DNA of 35,560 nt from Candidatus Parcubacteria bacterium (GCA_023142215.1 JAGLJW010000013.1:1-35560); one strand, 5' to 3'. Shown: positions 15,832-23,637, counted from the stretch's first letter. Numbers and translations: made by a program. The notes: generated by a model from the sequence alone, not told the origin.

Positions 15832-16491
15832 ATGAAAATTAAAGTTTACAATAAAAAAGCAGAAAAAGTTTCAGATTCTGAAATTTCAGATAAAGTTTTT
15901 GGATTAGATGTTAATGAATCTTTGATTCATCAAGCTTACGTGAGACAGATCAGCAACGAAAGACAGATTTTGGCCCATACCAAAGATAGAAGTGAAGTTA
16001 GAGGTGGTGGAGCTAAACCATGGGCACAAAAGGGAACTGGTAGAGCTAGACATGGTTCAAAACGATCTCCGATTTGGATTGGTGGTGGTGTAACTTTTGG
16101 TCCTAGCAAAGATAGGAATTTTAGTAAAAATATTAATAAGAAAATGAGACAAAAGGCATTATTGATGGTAGTTTCTGATAGGGTAAAAGATTCTGCTATG
16201 TTGGTGATGGAAGATATAAATATGGATGAATATAAGACTAAAATTTTTAATGAAATAGTTACCAGTTTTGAAAAAAAGGTAATTAAACTTGATGAGAAAA
16301 AGAAAAGAAGTATTTTAGTTATTAATGATAAAAAAGACGATAAAGTAAAAAATTCAGGACGAAATTTAACGGGAGTAAAAGTTATTAATTTAGATAATAT
16401 TAATATTGTAGATTTGTTAAAATATAGAAATTTGATAATAACACAAGAATGTGTTAAACAATTAGAAGAGAGATATGTGACAAAGAATTAA
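15832..16491 (+). CDS. rplD: 50S ribosomal protein uL4
   Basis: RGGGAKPWAQKGTGRARHGSKRSPIWIGGGVTFGP is the uL4 hallmark. Confidence 0.93.
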   Translation: MKIKVYNKKAEKVSDSEISDKVFGLDVNESLIHQAYVRQISNERQILAHTKDRSEVRGGGAKPWAQKGTGRARHGSKRSPIWIGGGVTFGPSKDRNFSKNINKKMRQKALLMVVSDRVKDSAMLVMEDINMDEYKTKIFNEIVTSFEKKVIKLDEKKKRSILVINDKKDDKVKNSGRNLTGVKVINLDNINIVDLLKYRNLIITQECVKQLEERYVTKN

Positions 16492-16525
16492 GAATTAAGA
16501 TTTAAGATTGAAGATTCGCTCCGTC

Positions 16526-16541
16526 TCCGCCAGCTGGCGGA
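16526..16541. repeat. Perfect 16-bp GC-rich palindrome TCCGCCAGCTGGCGGA
   Basis: Read directly from the sequence. It shares the core CGCCAGCTGGCG with 23518-23533, 32918-32933 and 32965-32980. The flank CTCCGCCAGCTGGCGGAYGGYGAAAAGA is shared with the 32965 copy. Confidence 0.85.
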
Positions 16542-16563
16542 TGGTGAAAAGAATTAAAATAAT

Positions 16564-16998
16564 ATGGCATTATTTGGGAAAAAAGATAAAAATAAAACTG
16601 AAGAAAAGAAAGATGTGAAAAAAGTTTCAGCGAAAAAAACTGTGGCTAAGAAAGATGCGAAAAAGATTGAAAAAGAACCTGTTAAAGCTAAAGCTAAAAC
16701 TGAAAAGAAATTTGGTACAGCTTATAAGATTTTGATAAAACCTTTGGTAACGGAAAAAGTTGCGAAAGAGACTGAATTAGGTAAGTATGTTTTTGAAGTT
16801 TCTGTTGATGCTAACAAAGTTGAAGTATCTAAGGCTATTAAAGAAGTTTATGGAATGAAAGCAGTTAAAGTAAATATTGTAAATATGGAAGGAAAAAGAA
16901 AAAGACTTGGCAGAAGTTCAGGAAGAAGAAAAGACTGGAAAAAGGCAATTGTTACTTTAGAGAAAGGAAAGAAAATTAATGTTTATGAAGGAGTTTAG
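16564..16998 (+). CDS. rplW: 50S ribosomal protein uL23 with about 55-aa Lys-rich N-terminal extension
   Basis: The core is YKILIKPLVTEKVAKETELGKYVFEV...AIKEVYGMKAVKVNIVN. An internal start cannot be excluded. Confidence 0.85.
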   Translation: MALFGKKDKNKTEEKKDVKKVSAKKTVAKKDAKKIEKEPVKAKAKTEKKFGTAYKILIKPLVTEKVAKETELGKYVFEVSVDANKVEVSKAIKEVYGMKAVKVNIVNMEGKRKRLGRSSGRRKDWKKAIVTLEKGKKINVYEGV

Positions 16999-17001
16999 AA
17001 C

Positions 17002-17038
17002 AACAATTAACACTTAACAATTAATTATTAACAATTAA
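17002..17038 (+). repeat. AACAATTAA word repeated three times with 14-nt period
   Basis: Copies at 17002, 17016 and 17030 in the rplW-rplB spacer. The same word occurs twice at 18879-18895. Confidence 0.8.
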
Positions 17039-17096
17039 TAAAAATAGTTTGCGGAGAATTTGAAAATTACGAATTATCGCAAATAATTAAAATAAG

Positions 17097-17939
17097 ATGG
17101 GAGTTAAAAAAGTTAAACCGACAACACCAGGTAGAAGAAGTGCAACCTATGATGATTTTTCAGATATTACTTCTACGAAACCAGAAAAAAGTTTGGTTAA
17201 AACAAAAAAAAGAATTAGTGGAAGAAATAATCAAGGTAGGATAACGATTAGACATAGAGGTGGTGGAGTGAAAAGAAACCTTAGAGTTATTGATTTCAAA
17301 AGAGATAAAAATGACGTTCCAGCAAGAGTAGCTTCAATTGAATACGATCCAAATAGGGGAGCTAGAATTGCATTATTATATTATAGAGATGGTGAAAAAA
17401 GATATATTGTTGCTCCGATTGATTTGAAAGTTGATGATGTTGTTGTAAGTTCAAAAGAAAAACAAGTTGAAGTGAAACCAGGAAATGCGATGCCAGTTGA
17501 GTTTATTCCAGCAGGTATTCAAATTTACAATGTTGAACTTAATCCAAACAGAGGCGGAAAAATTGCTAGAGGAGCTGGAAATAGCGTAGCAGTAATGGGA
17601 ATAGAAGGTAATTTTGCACAAATTAAGATGCCATCAGGAGAGATTAGACTTGTTAAAAAAGAATGCATGTGTACAGTCGGAAGAGTTAGTAATCCAGATA
17701 AACGATTAATTAAAATAGGTAGTGCCGGAAGAAAAAGAAAATTAGGATGGAGACCAACAGTTCGTGGTACAGCTATGAATCCAGTTGATCATCCACATGG
17801 TGGTGGTGAAGGAAAGCAATCAATTGGTATGAAACATCCAAAAACACCATGGGGACGTCCAGCATTGGGAGTAAAGACTAGAGATAAAAATTCTAAGTCA
17901 AATAAATTAATTATTCAAAGAAGAAAAAAGAGAAAATAA
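17097..17939 (+). CDS. rplB: 50S ribosomal protein uL2
   Basis: KPTTPGRR..., [17 protein letters not shown]. Confidence 0.95.
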   Translation: MGVKKVKPTTPGRRSATYDDFSDITSTKPEKSLVKTKKRISGRNNQGRITIRHRGGGVKRNLRVIDFKRDKNDVPARVASIEYDPNRGARIALLYYRDGEKRYIVAPIDLKVDDVVVSSKEKQVEVKPGNAMPVEFIPAGIQIYNVELNPNRGGKIARGAGNSVAVMGIEGNFAQIKMPSGEIRLVKKECMCTVGRVSNPDKRLIKIGSAGRKRKLGWRPTVRGTAMNPVDHPHGGGEGKQSIGMKHPKTPWGRPALGVKTRDKNSKSNKLIIQRRKKRK

Positions 17940-17941
17940 CC

Positions 17942-17969
17942 ACGTAACACATAACACATAACACATAAC
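17942..17969 (+). repeat. Heptanucleotide tandem repeat (ACGTAAC, then ACATAAC x3)
   Basis: Read directly from the sequence. An inverted copy ATGTGTTATG lies at 18007-18016. The same heptamer array occurs inside der at 28245-28293 on the other strand. Confidence 0.85.
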
Positions 17970-18024
17970 AAAATTGATATTTATAATTTATTACGTGTTC
18001 CATGCTATGTGTTATGAGAGAAAT

Positions 18025-18294
18025 ATGTCTAGAAGTTTAAAAAAAGGTCCATATATTAATGAAAGATTATTGAATAAGGTTAAATCAATGAAACCTGGTG
18101 ATAAAACAGTTATTAAAACATGGGATAGATCATGTACGATAACTCCAGAAATGGTTGGTTTTACAGTTGGAGTTCATAATGGAAGAAAGCATGTTCAGGT
18201 TTATATGGTTGAAAATATGGTAGGACATAAATTAGGAGAATTTGCACCAACTAGAAAATTTGTTGGACATGGTGGCAAAAAAGCTAAAGCATAA
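18025..18294 (+). CDS. rpsS: 30S ribosomal protein uS19
   Basis: [16 protein letters not shown]..., [13 protein letters not shown]. The ATG at 18025 is preferred over the listed 17974, which reads through spacer repeats. Confidence 0.93.
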   Translation: MSRSLKKGPYINERLLNKVKSMKPGDKTVIKTWDRSCTITPEMVGFTVGVHNGRKHVQVYMVENMVGHKLGEFAPTRKFVGHGGKKAKA

Positions 18295-18350
18295 AAGGTA
18301 ATGCGAATAATTATAAATAGATAATTCGTGAAATTTACATTATAGAAAAT

Positions 18351-18863
18351 ATGGAAATTAAGGCTAAAGTAAAAAATATAAAAAATTCACCAAGAAAAGT
18401 TAGGCTTGTTGTTGATGTTGTACGAGGCTTAAAGGTTGGTGATGCGTTAAATCAATTGCGATTTGTTAATAAAAAGGCAGTAATTTCGGTTACAAAATTA
18501 TTAAAATCTGCTATTGCAAATGCGACTAACAATTTTGAACTTGATGAAAGTAATTTGTTTGTGAAAGAAATTAAAGTAGACGAAGGTGCGACAATGAAAA
18601 GATGGATGCCAAGGGCAAGAGGTAGAGCTACTCCGCTTAGAAAAAGAACTAGTCACATTAATATTGTTTTAGGTGAATTAGTTGATAGTGGTAAAAAAGA
18701 AGCTAAGAAGCAAGAACTTGAAGCACCAGTAAAACTTGATGAGATGGCAGGTGGAACAGATACAAAAAAGACAGGTAAGAAAAAAGAAGATACTAAAAAA
18801 ATTAAAGGACAGAAGTCAGAGAAAGGAACATCAGGTAAAATTTTTCAGAGAAAAGTAGGATAG
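18351..18863 (+). CDS. rplV: 50S ribosomal protein uL22 with about 60-aa Lys/Glu-rich C-terminal extension
   Basis: SPRKVRLVVDVVRGLKVGDALNQLRF..., RWMPRARGRATPLRKRTSHI. Confidence 0.92.
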   Translation: MEIKAKVKNIKNSPRKVRLVVDVVRGLKVGDALNQLRFVNKKAVISVTKLLKSAIANATNNFELDESNLFVKEIKVDEGATMKRWMPRARGRATPLRKRTSHINIVLGELVDSGKKEAKKQELEAPVKLDEMAGGTDTKKTGKKKEDTKKIKGQKSEKGTSGKIFQRKVG

Positions 18864-18878
18864 TAACAGTTAACTATT

Positions 18879-18895
18879 AACAATTAACAATTAAC
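18879..18895 (+). repeat. AACAATTAAC word x2 inside a bulged hairpin in the rplV-rpsC spacer
   Basis: AACAATTAACAATTAAC. The flanking AACAGTTAA and TTAACTATTGTT can pair with a 3-nt bulge. Confidence 0.7.
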
Positions 18896-18919
18896 TATTG
18901 TTTATAATCATAACAAGAT

Positions 18920-19615
18920 ATGGGTAAGAAGATAAATCCAAAAATATTTAGAATATCAGCGACAAGAGTGTGGCCATCAAAATGGTTTGCATACGGTAAG
19001 GATTATGCTAGAAAAATTGAACAGGATGTAACGATTAGAAGATATGTAACTAAAAAGTTAATTGAAGCTGGAATTGATAAAGTAGAAATTGAAAGAACTG
19101 CTAACAAAATTAATATTAATATTTATACAGCTAAGCCAGGTATTATTATTGGAAGAGGCGGAAAAGGTGTTGATGATTTAAAAAAAGAAATTCATAAAAA
19201 GTTTTTATCTCGTCCAGCAGGAATTAAGACTGGTGATATAAAATTAAATGTTTTTGAAGTTTCAAGACCAAATTTAAGTGCACAAATTATTGTTCAATCA
19301 ATGATTTTAGATATTGAAAAAAGAATGCCTTTTAAAAGGGTTATGAAACAAGTTGTAAATAGAACTGAAAGAGCTGGTGGACTAGGAATAAAAATTGTTG
19401 TTGCTGGAAGGTTAAATGGTGCAGAAATTGCTAGAAGTGAAATGTTAGTATCAGGAAAAATTCCATTATCTACACTTAGAGCTGATATTGATTATGCAAG
19501 AGGTATGGCTAGTACGATTTATGGTGCGATTGGAATTAAAGTTTGGATTTATAATGGAGAAATGAATGATAAAAAAGAATCAAAGAAAGGTGATGTAGTT
19601 GGGAAAAAAAGATAA
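18920..19615 (+). CDS. rpsC: 30S ribosomal protein uS3
   Basis: MGKKINPKIFRI...W.SKWFA, KH region IIIGRGGKGV, GRLNGAEIARSE. Confidence 0.93.
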   Translation: MGKKINPKIFRISATRVWPSKWFAYGKDYARKIEQDVTIRRYVTKKLIEAGIDKVEIERTANKININIYTAKPGIIIGRGGKGVDDLKKEIHKKFLSRPAGIKTGDIKLNVFEVSRPNLSAQIIVQSMILDIEKRMPFKRVMKQVVNRTERAGGLGIKIVVAGRLNGAEIARSEMLVSGKIPLSTLRADIDYARGMASTIYGAIGIKVWIYNGEMNDKKESKKGDVVGKKR

Positions 19616-19622
19616 TTTTGAA

Positions 19623-19710
19623 AGATTCTTGTGATAGTTAAGATTTTTAAGATTCTTGAGATAATTTTTTAAAAAAGTTGTCCTAAGAATCTTAAAAATC
19701 CTAAGAATCT
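19623..19710 (+). other. Bipartite hairpin filling the rpsC-rplP spacer
   Basis: The inner stem is a perfect 16 bp, GATTTTTAAGATTCTT (19642-19657) with AAGAATCTTAAAAATC (19685-19700). The outer stem is 8 bp, AGATTCTT (19623-19630) with AAGAATCT (19703-19710). Confidence 0.7.
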
Positions 19711-19733
19711 CAAGGTTCTTAAGTGAACAAAAT

Positions 19734-20138
19734 ATGTTAATGCCAAAGAAAACTAAATATAGAAAATCACATAAAGGTAGAAGAGGTGGAAAAGCGACTA
19801 GAAAAACTACTATTGCATTTGGAAAATTTGCTTTGAAAAGTATGGAAGCACATTGGGTTACAGCTAGACAAATTGAAGCAGCGAGAAGAGTGATAACTAG
19901 ATTCACTAAAAGGGGTGGTAAACTTTGGATTAGAATTTTTCCTGATAAGCCAATTACTGCCAAAGGCAATGAAATGCCCATGGGTAAAGGTAAGGGTGCT
20001 GTAGATCATTATGTTGCAAAGATTAGAGCTGGTGAGATTATGTTTGAACTTGAAGGCGTATCTGAGGAAATTGCAAAAGAAGCAATGCAATTGGCAGCAT
20101 ATAAAATGCCAATAAAATGTAGATTTATAAGTAAATAG
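19734..20138 (+). CDS. rplP: 50S ribosomal protein uL16
   Basis: [19 protein letters not shown]..., [13 protein letters not shown]. Confidence 0.93.
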   Translation: MLMPKKTKYRKSHKGRRGGKATRKTTIAFGKFALKSMEAHWVTARQIEAARRVITRFTKRGGKLWIRIFPDKPITAKGNEMPMGKGKGAVDHYVAKIRAGEIMFELEGVSEEIAKEAMQLAAYKMPIKCRFISK

Positions 20139-20192
20139 CTTTAGTTTATTAGGAATAATAATATCAAAGCTAAAAGTTAATAAGCTAGAAAA

Positions 20193-20429
20193 ATGAATTT
20201 TAAAGAATTAAAAAAGAAAAAAGAAAGTGAATTACATAATTTATTAGCTGAAAGCAGAGATAAATTAAGAGAGCTAAGATTTAAAGACGCTAATAAGCAG
20301 TTAAAAACTGTTAATAAAATTAGTGAATTAAAAAAAGTAATTGCTAAAATATTGACTATATTAAATGAAAAGAAGAAGGTAGTGAATGGTTTGTCTAATA
20401 AAGTTGTTGAAACTAAAGATAGTAAGTAA
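20193..20429 (+). CDS. rpmC: 50S ribosomal protein uL29
   Basis: The KELKKKKESELHNLLAESRDKLRELRFK pattern, and its position between rplP and rpsQ. Confidence 0.85.
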   Translation: MNFKELKKKKESELHNLLAESRDKLRELRFKDANKQLKTVNKISELKKVIAKILTILNEKKKVVNGLSNKVVETKDSK

Positions 20430-20476
20430 AATTTATTTTTGTTGATTATTTATTTGAAATTATTAATTGATTAAAT

Positions 20477-20743
20477 ATGTTAAAAAAAGAAGTAAAATTA
20501 AATAAGGAAAAGGAAATAATCAGAAAGAAGTTTGATGGTATTGTTGTTAGTGATAAAATGGAAAAGACAATTGTTGTAAAAGTTGATAGCGTAAAGATTC
20601 ATTCAAAGTATAAAAAAAGATATACTGTAAGTAGAAAATATAAAGTTCATGATGAGAAAAATCAGTTTAAAATCGGTGATAAAATATCTTTTGTTGAATG
20701 TAGACCAATGTCAAAAGATAAAAGATGGAGAGTAATTAAGTAA
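20477..20743 (+). CDS. rpsQ: 30S ribosomal protein uS17
   Basis: KKFDGIVVSDKMEKTIVVKV...KYKVHDEKNQFKIGDKISFVECRPMSKDKRWRV. Confidence 0.92.
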   Translation: MLKKEVKLNKEKEIIRKKFDGIVVSDKMEKTIVVKVDSVKIHSKYKKRYTVSRKYKVHDEKNQFKIGDKISFVECRPMSKDKRWRVIK

Positions 20744-20747
20744 TAAT

Positions 20748-20776
20748 TGTAGATACGACCCGCTGGGGCGTATATG
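20748..20776 (+). repeat. GC-rich hairpin repeat, variant copy (GATACGACCCGCTGGGGCGTAT)
   Basis: ATACGACCC (20753-20761) pairs with GGGGCGTAT (20765-20773) with one mismatch. It is related to the two copies at 21171-21242. Confidence 0.75.
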
Positions 20777-20788
20777 TAAATTAAGTAT

Positions 20789-21160
20789 ATGATTCAAGTA
20801 GAGTCAAAAGTTAAAGTCGCAGATAATTCAGGTGCTAAAAAAGTGCTTTGTATTAGAGTTTTGGGTGGATATAAAAAGAGATATGCAGGAGTTGGTGATA
20901 TAATTACTTGTGCAGTAAAGGAAGCTACACCTCACACTGCTATTAAAAAAGGTGATGTTGTACATGCTGTAATTGTTAGAACTAAAAAAGAAATCAGAAG
21001 AGCGGATGGAACATACGTAAGATTTGATGAGAACGCTTGTGTGATTATTGATAAGGCTAAAAAAGAACCAAAATCAACAAGAGTTTTTGGTCCAATTGCT
21101 CGCGAAGTAAGAAGAAAAGGATTTTTCAAAATCGCTTCGCTTGCACCAGAAGTATTATAG
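20789..21160 (+). CDS. rplN: 50S ribosomal protein uL14
   Basis: [27 protein letters not shown]. Confidence 0.95.
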   Translation: MIQVESKVKVADNSGAKKVLCIRVLGGYKKRYAGVGDIITCAVKEATPHTAIKKGDVVHAVIVRTKKEIRRADGTYVRFDENACVIIDKAKKEPKSTRVFGPIAREVRRKGFFKIASLAPEVL

Positions 21161-21170
21161 ATTAATAAAC

Positions 21171-21242
21171 CGTAGATGCGTCCCCGCTGGGGCGTATCAA
21201 ACAACAAAAAACGTAAATGCGTCCCCGCTGGGGCGTATCAAA
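21171..21242 (+). repeat. Two direct 31-nt copies of CGTARATGCGTCCCCGCTGGGGCGTATCAAA (41-nt period)
   Basis: Copies at 21171-21201 and 21212-21242 differ at one base. Each contains a 10-bp hairpin GATGCGTCCC / GGGGCGTATC (two wobble pairs) with loop CGCT. Confidence 0.9.
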
Positions 21243-21268
21243 TAATCAAATATTTACGAATTAAGAAT

Positions 21269-21616
21269 ATGAAAATAAAACGTAATGATAAAGTTAAAAT
21301 ATTAGCGGGTAAAGATAAGGGTAAAATTGGAAAAGTTTTACAGGTTTTTCCTGATGGCAATAAGGCGAGTGTTGAAGGTATTAATTTGTTAATTAAACAT
21401 TTAAGACCACAGAAGCAGGGAGAAAAAGGTCAAAGAATTGAATTTCCAGCACCAATGAATATTTCAAACTTGATGATTATTTGTCCGAAGTGTAATAAGG
21501 AAACAAGAGTTGAGTATACTATTGTTAAGAATGAAGATGATACTTCAGCAGATTCAGTACGAGTAAAAAATAAGAAATTTAGAAAATGTAAAAAATGTCA
21601 AGAAGTTATTGATTAG
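21269..21616 (+). CDS. rplX: 50S ribosomal protein uL24 with four-Cys (zinc-ribbon-like) C-terminal part
   Basis: KOW motif KVKILAGKDKGKIGKV, then CPKC...CKKC. The ATG at 21269 is preferred because the listed 21176 start reads through the GC hairpin repeats. Confidence 0.9.
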   Translation: MKIKRNDKVKILAGKDKGKIGKVLQVFPDGNKASVEGINLLIKHLRPQKQGEKGQRIEFPAPMNISNLMIICPKCNKETRVEYTIVKNEDDTSADSVRVKNKKFRKCKKCQEVID

Positions 21617-21628
21617 CATAAAGTAAAT

Positions 21629-22162
21629 ATGATTTTAAAAAAATATAAAAAAGAAATAATACCAAAGTTGAAGAAAAAGTTTGGATATAAAAATATTCAT
21701 GAAGTTCCTAAATTAATTAAAGTAGTTATTAATGTTGGATTTGGAAGACATACGAAAGAAAAAGCCTATATTAAAAATGTTGTTGATTCACTTACAAGAA
21801 TTAGTGGTCAAAAACCAATTTTAACAAAAGCTAGATTGTCAATTTCATCATTTAAAATAAGAGAAGGAATGACAATAGGTGCTTGTGTTACTTTACGTGG
21901 GACTAGGATGTATGATTTTATAGAAAAATTGGTTGGAACGACTTTTCCCAGAATCAGAGATTTTAGAGGTATTGAAGTTAAGAATGTAGATAGGACTGGT
22001 AATTTAACGGTTGGTTTTAAAGAACATTTAGCTTTTCCTGAAGTAAGACCTGATGAAGTTGATAATATATTTGGATTAGAAGTAAGTATTGCAACGACAG
22101 CCAAGAATCACGATGAAGGATTAGAATTATTTAAATTAATGGGATTTCCATTTAAGAAATAA
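21629..22162 (+). CDS. rplE: 50S ribosomal protein uL5
   Basis: VPKLIKVVINVGFG..., FPRIRDFRG..., GLEVSIATTAK. Confidence 0.93.
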   Translation: MILKKYKKEIIPKLKKKFGYKNIHEVPKLIKVVINVGFGRHTKEKAYIKNVVDSLTRISGQKPILTKARLSISSFKIREGMTIGACVTLRGTRMYDFIEKLVGTTFPRIRDFRGIEVKNVDRTGNLTVGFKEHLAFPEVRPDEVDNIFGLEVSIATTAKNHDEGLELFKLMGFPFKK

Positions 22163-22226
22163 TAATGCGAATGCAGCGAATTAATATGCGAATGCTGCGA
22201 ATTAATTAAATGCGAATGATTATAAA
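22163..22226 (+). repeat. 64-nt GCGAAT-word element, copy 2
   Basis: It starts immediately after the rplE stop codon and matches 15649-15712 at 60 of 64 positions (manual alignment). Confidence 0.85.
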
Positions 22227-22249
22227 TAATTTGCATTATAGTAAAGTAT

Positions 22250-22435
22250 ATGGCTAGAACAGCATTAATAGCAAAATCAAAGAAGACACCAAAATTTTCA
22301 ACAAGAAAAGTAAGAAGATGTTGGAAGTGTGGTAGAAATCATGGATATATGCGTGATTTTGATTTATGTCGGATTTGCTTTCGCGAATTAGCAGAAAACG
22401 GAGATCTTCCAGGAATTGTAAAATCATCTTGGTAG
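22250..22435 (+). CDS. rpsN: 30S ribosomal protein uS14, short zinc-binding (type Z) form
   Basis: 61 aa, with CWKCGR...CRICFRE and a terminal W. Confidence 0.92.
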   Translation: MARTALIAKSKKTPKFSTRKVRRCWKCGRNHGYMRDFDLCRICFRELAENGDLPGIVKSSW

Positions 22436-22504
22436 ATAAATATAAAATATTTGTAGAATTTGCATATTATTGTAGATTTTCATTATAAGTTAAATTATAA
22501 AATT

Positions 22505-22918
22505 ATGACAGATCCAATTGCGGACATGCTAACAAGAATAAGAAATGCATCAGCAATCAATAAAATTGATGTAGTTTTACCTATGAGTAAGACCAAACAT
22601 GCAATTGCAAAAATTCTTAAAAAAGAAGGCTGGATTGAAGATGTTCAAATTCTTAAAGTGGACAGTAAGAAGAATAAAACAAATGCGTTTGATGAATTGA
22701 AATTGATATTGAAATATGAAGAGAATAAAAAATCAGTTTTCAAATCAATTAAGAGAGTTAGTAAACCAGGATTAAGAATTTATTCTACAAAAGATAGATT
22801 GCCAAGAGTATTAAATAATTTAGGAATTGCAATAATTTCTACTTCTTCTGGAATGATGACTAATAAAGAAGCCAGAAGAAAAGGTTTAGGTGGAGAAGTT
22901 ATTTGTGAAATATATTAG
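22505..22918 (+). CDS. rpsH: 30S ribosomal protein uS8
   Basis: MTDPIADMLTRIRNA... The ATG at 22505 is preferred over the listed 22460. Confidence 0.93.
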   Translation: MTDPIADMLTRIRNASAINKIDVVLPMSKTKHAIAKILKKEGWIEDVQILKVDSKKNKTNAFDELKLILKYEENKKSVFKSIKRVSKPGLRIYSTKDRLPRVLNNLGIAIISTSSGMMTNKEARRKGLGGEVICEIY

Positions 22919-22966
22919 AACAATGCGAATTTGCAAATTAATTTGCATCATTTGAATTATAATTTT

Positions 22967-23509
22967 ATGTCAAGATTAGGAAAATTACCAATTAAATTAT
23001 TAGATGGAGTAACAGCTAAGGTTGATAATGGTTTTATTATTGTTAAAGGACCTAAGGGTGAGTTGAAACAAGAACTATTAGATTTAGTAAAAGTTGAAAT
23101 ATTAACTGATGGTATTCAAGTTAGTGTTGATAATAAAGAAAATAAAAAAGAAAAAGCTTTTTGGGGATTGTATTGGAGCTTAATTAGAAATATGGTTACT
23201 GGTGTTACCGAAGGCTATGAAAAAAAGTTAGAAATTATTGGTGTTGGTTATAAAGCAGCTCTGGCTGGACAAAAATTGACATTGAATGTTGGATTTTCTC
23301 ATCAAGTTAATTTTGTGTTGCCAGAAGGAATTAAAGGCACAGTAGAAGGAAATATTATTACAGTAGCCGGGATTGATAAACAGTTAGTTGGTGAAACGGC
23401 TGCCAGAATTAGAAAAGTTAAAAAACCAGAACCTTATAAAGGGAAAGGTATTAAGTATATTGATGAAATAATTAGAAGAAAAGAAGGTAAGACAGCAGGG
23501 AAAGAGTAG
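22967..23509 (+). CDS. rplF: 50S ribosomal protein uL6
   Basis: MSRLGKLPIKL...VKGPKGEL..., KPEPYKGKGIKY. The ATG at 22967 is preferred over the listed 22931. Confidence 0.93.
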   Translation: MSRLGKLPIKLLDGVTAKVDNGFIIVKGPKGELKQELLDLVKVEILTDGIQVSVDNKENKKEKAFWGLYWSLIRNMVTGVTEGYEKKLEIIGVGYKAALAGQKLTLNVGFSHQVNFVLPEGIKGTVEGNIITVAGIDKQLVGETAARIRKVKKPEPYKGKGIKYIDEIIRRKEGKTAGKE

Positions 23510-23515
23510 AGTTTG

Positions 23516-23560
23516 GATTCGCCAGCTGGCGAATAGATTTAAGAATTAAGATTTAAGAAT
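23516..23560 (+). repeat. Composite repeat: palindrome TTCGCCAGCTGGCGAA plus two AGATTTAAGAAT words
   Basis: The 31-mer GATTCGCCAGCTGGCGAATAGATTTAAGAAT (23516-23546) is identical to 32916-32946. A second 12-mer lies at 23549-23560. Confidence 0.9.
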
Positions 23561-23637
23561 ATAATATTTAAAATTGAAGGTGATAATTTATTGCCTGTGC
23601 TTGAAAAGTATTTGAGCGGATATTTTTAAAGAGATTT

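Noticed and set aside
19580-20090. Minus-strand ORFs of 133 and 107 aa antisense to rpsC/rplP, and similar antisense or internal ORFs listed inside other genes (1501, 2686, 5421, 7950, 8662, 8812, 9310, 11290, 13566, 13976, 15321, 20932, 21808, 23902, 25478, 26973, 27241, 28243, 29950, 34584)
   Set aside because: Each lies wholly within, antisense to, or out of frame with a strongly supported conserved gene or repeat. None shows independent signals.
21171-21242. Possible mini-CRISPR array (two palindromic direct repeats with a 41-nt period)
   Set aside because: There are only two repeats, separated by 10 nt rather than a spacer-sized segment. No cas genes or leader are present, and a third diverged copy lies in a different spacer. 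This behaves as a REP-like hairpin repeat, not CRISPR.
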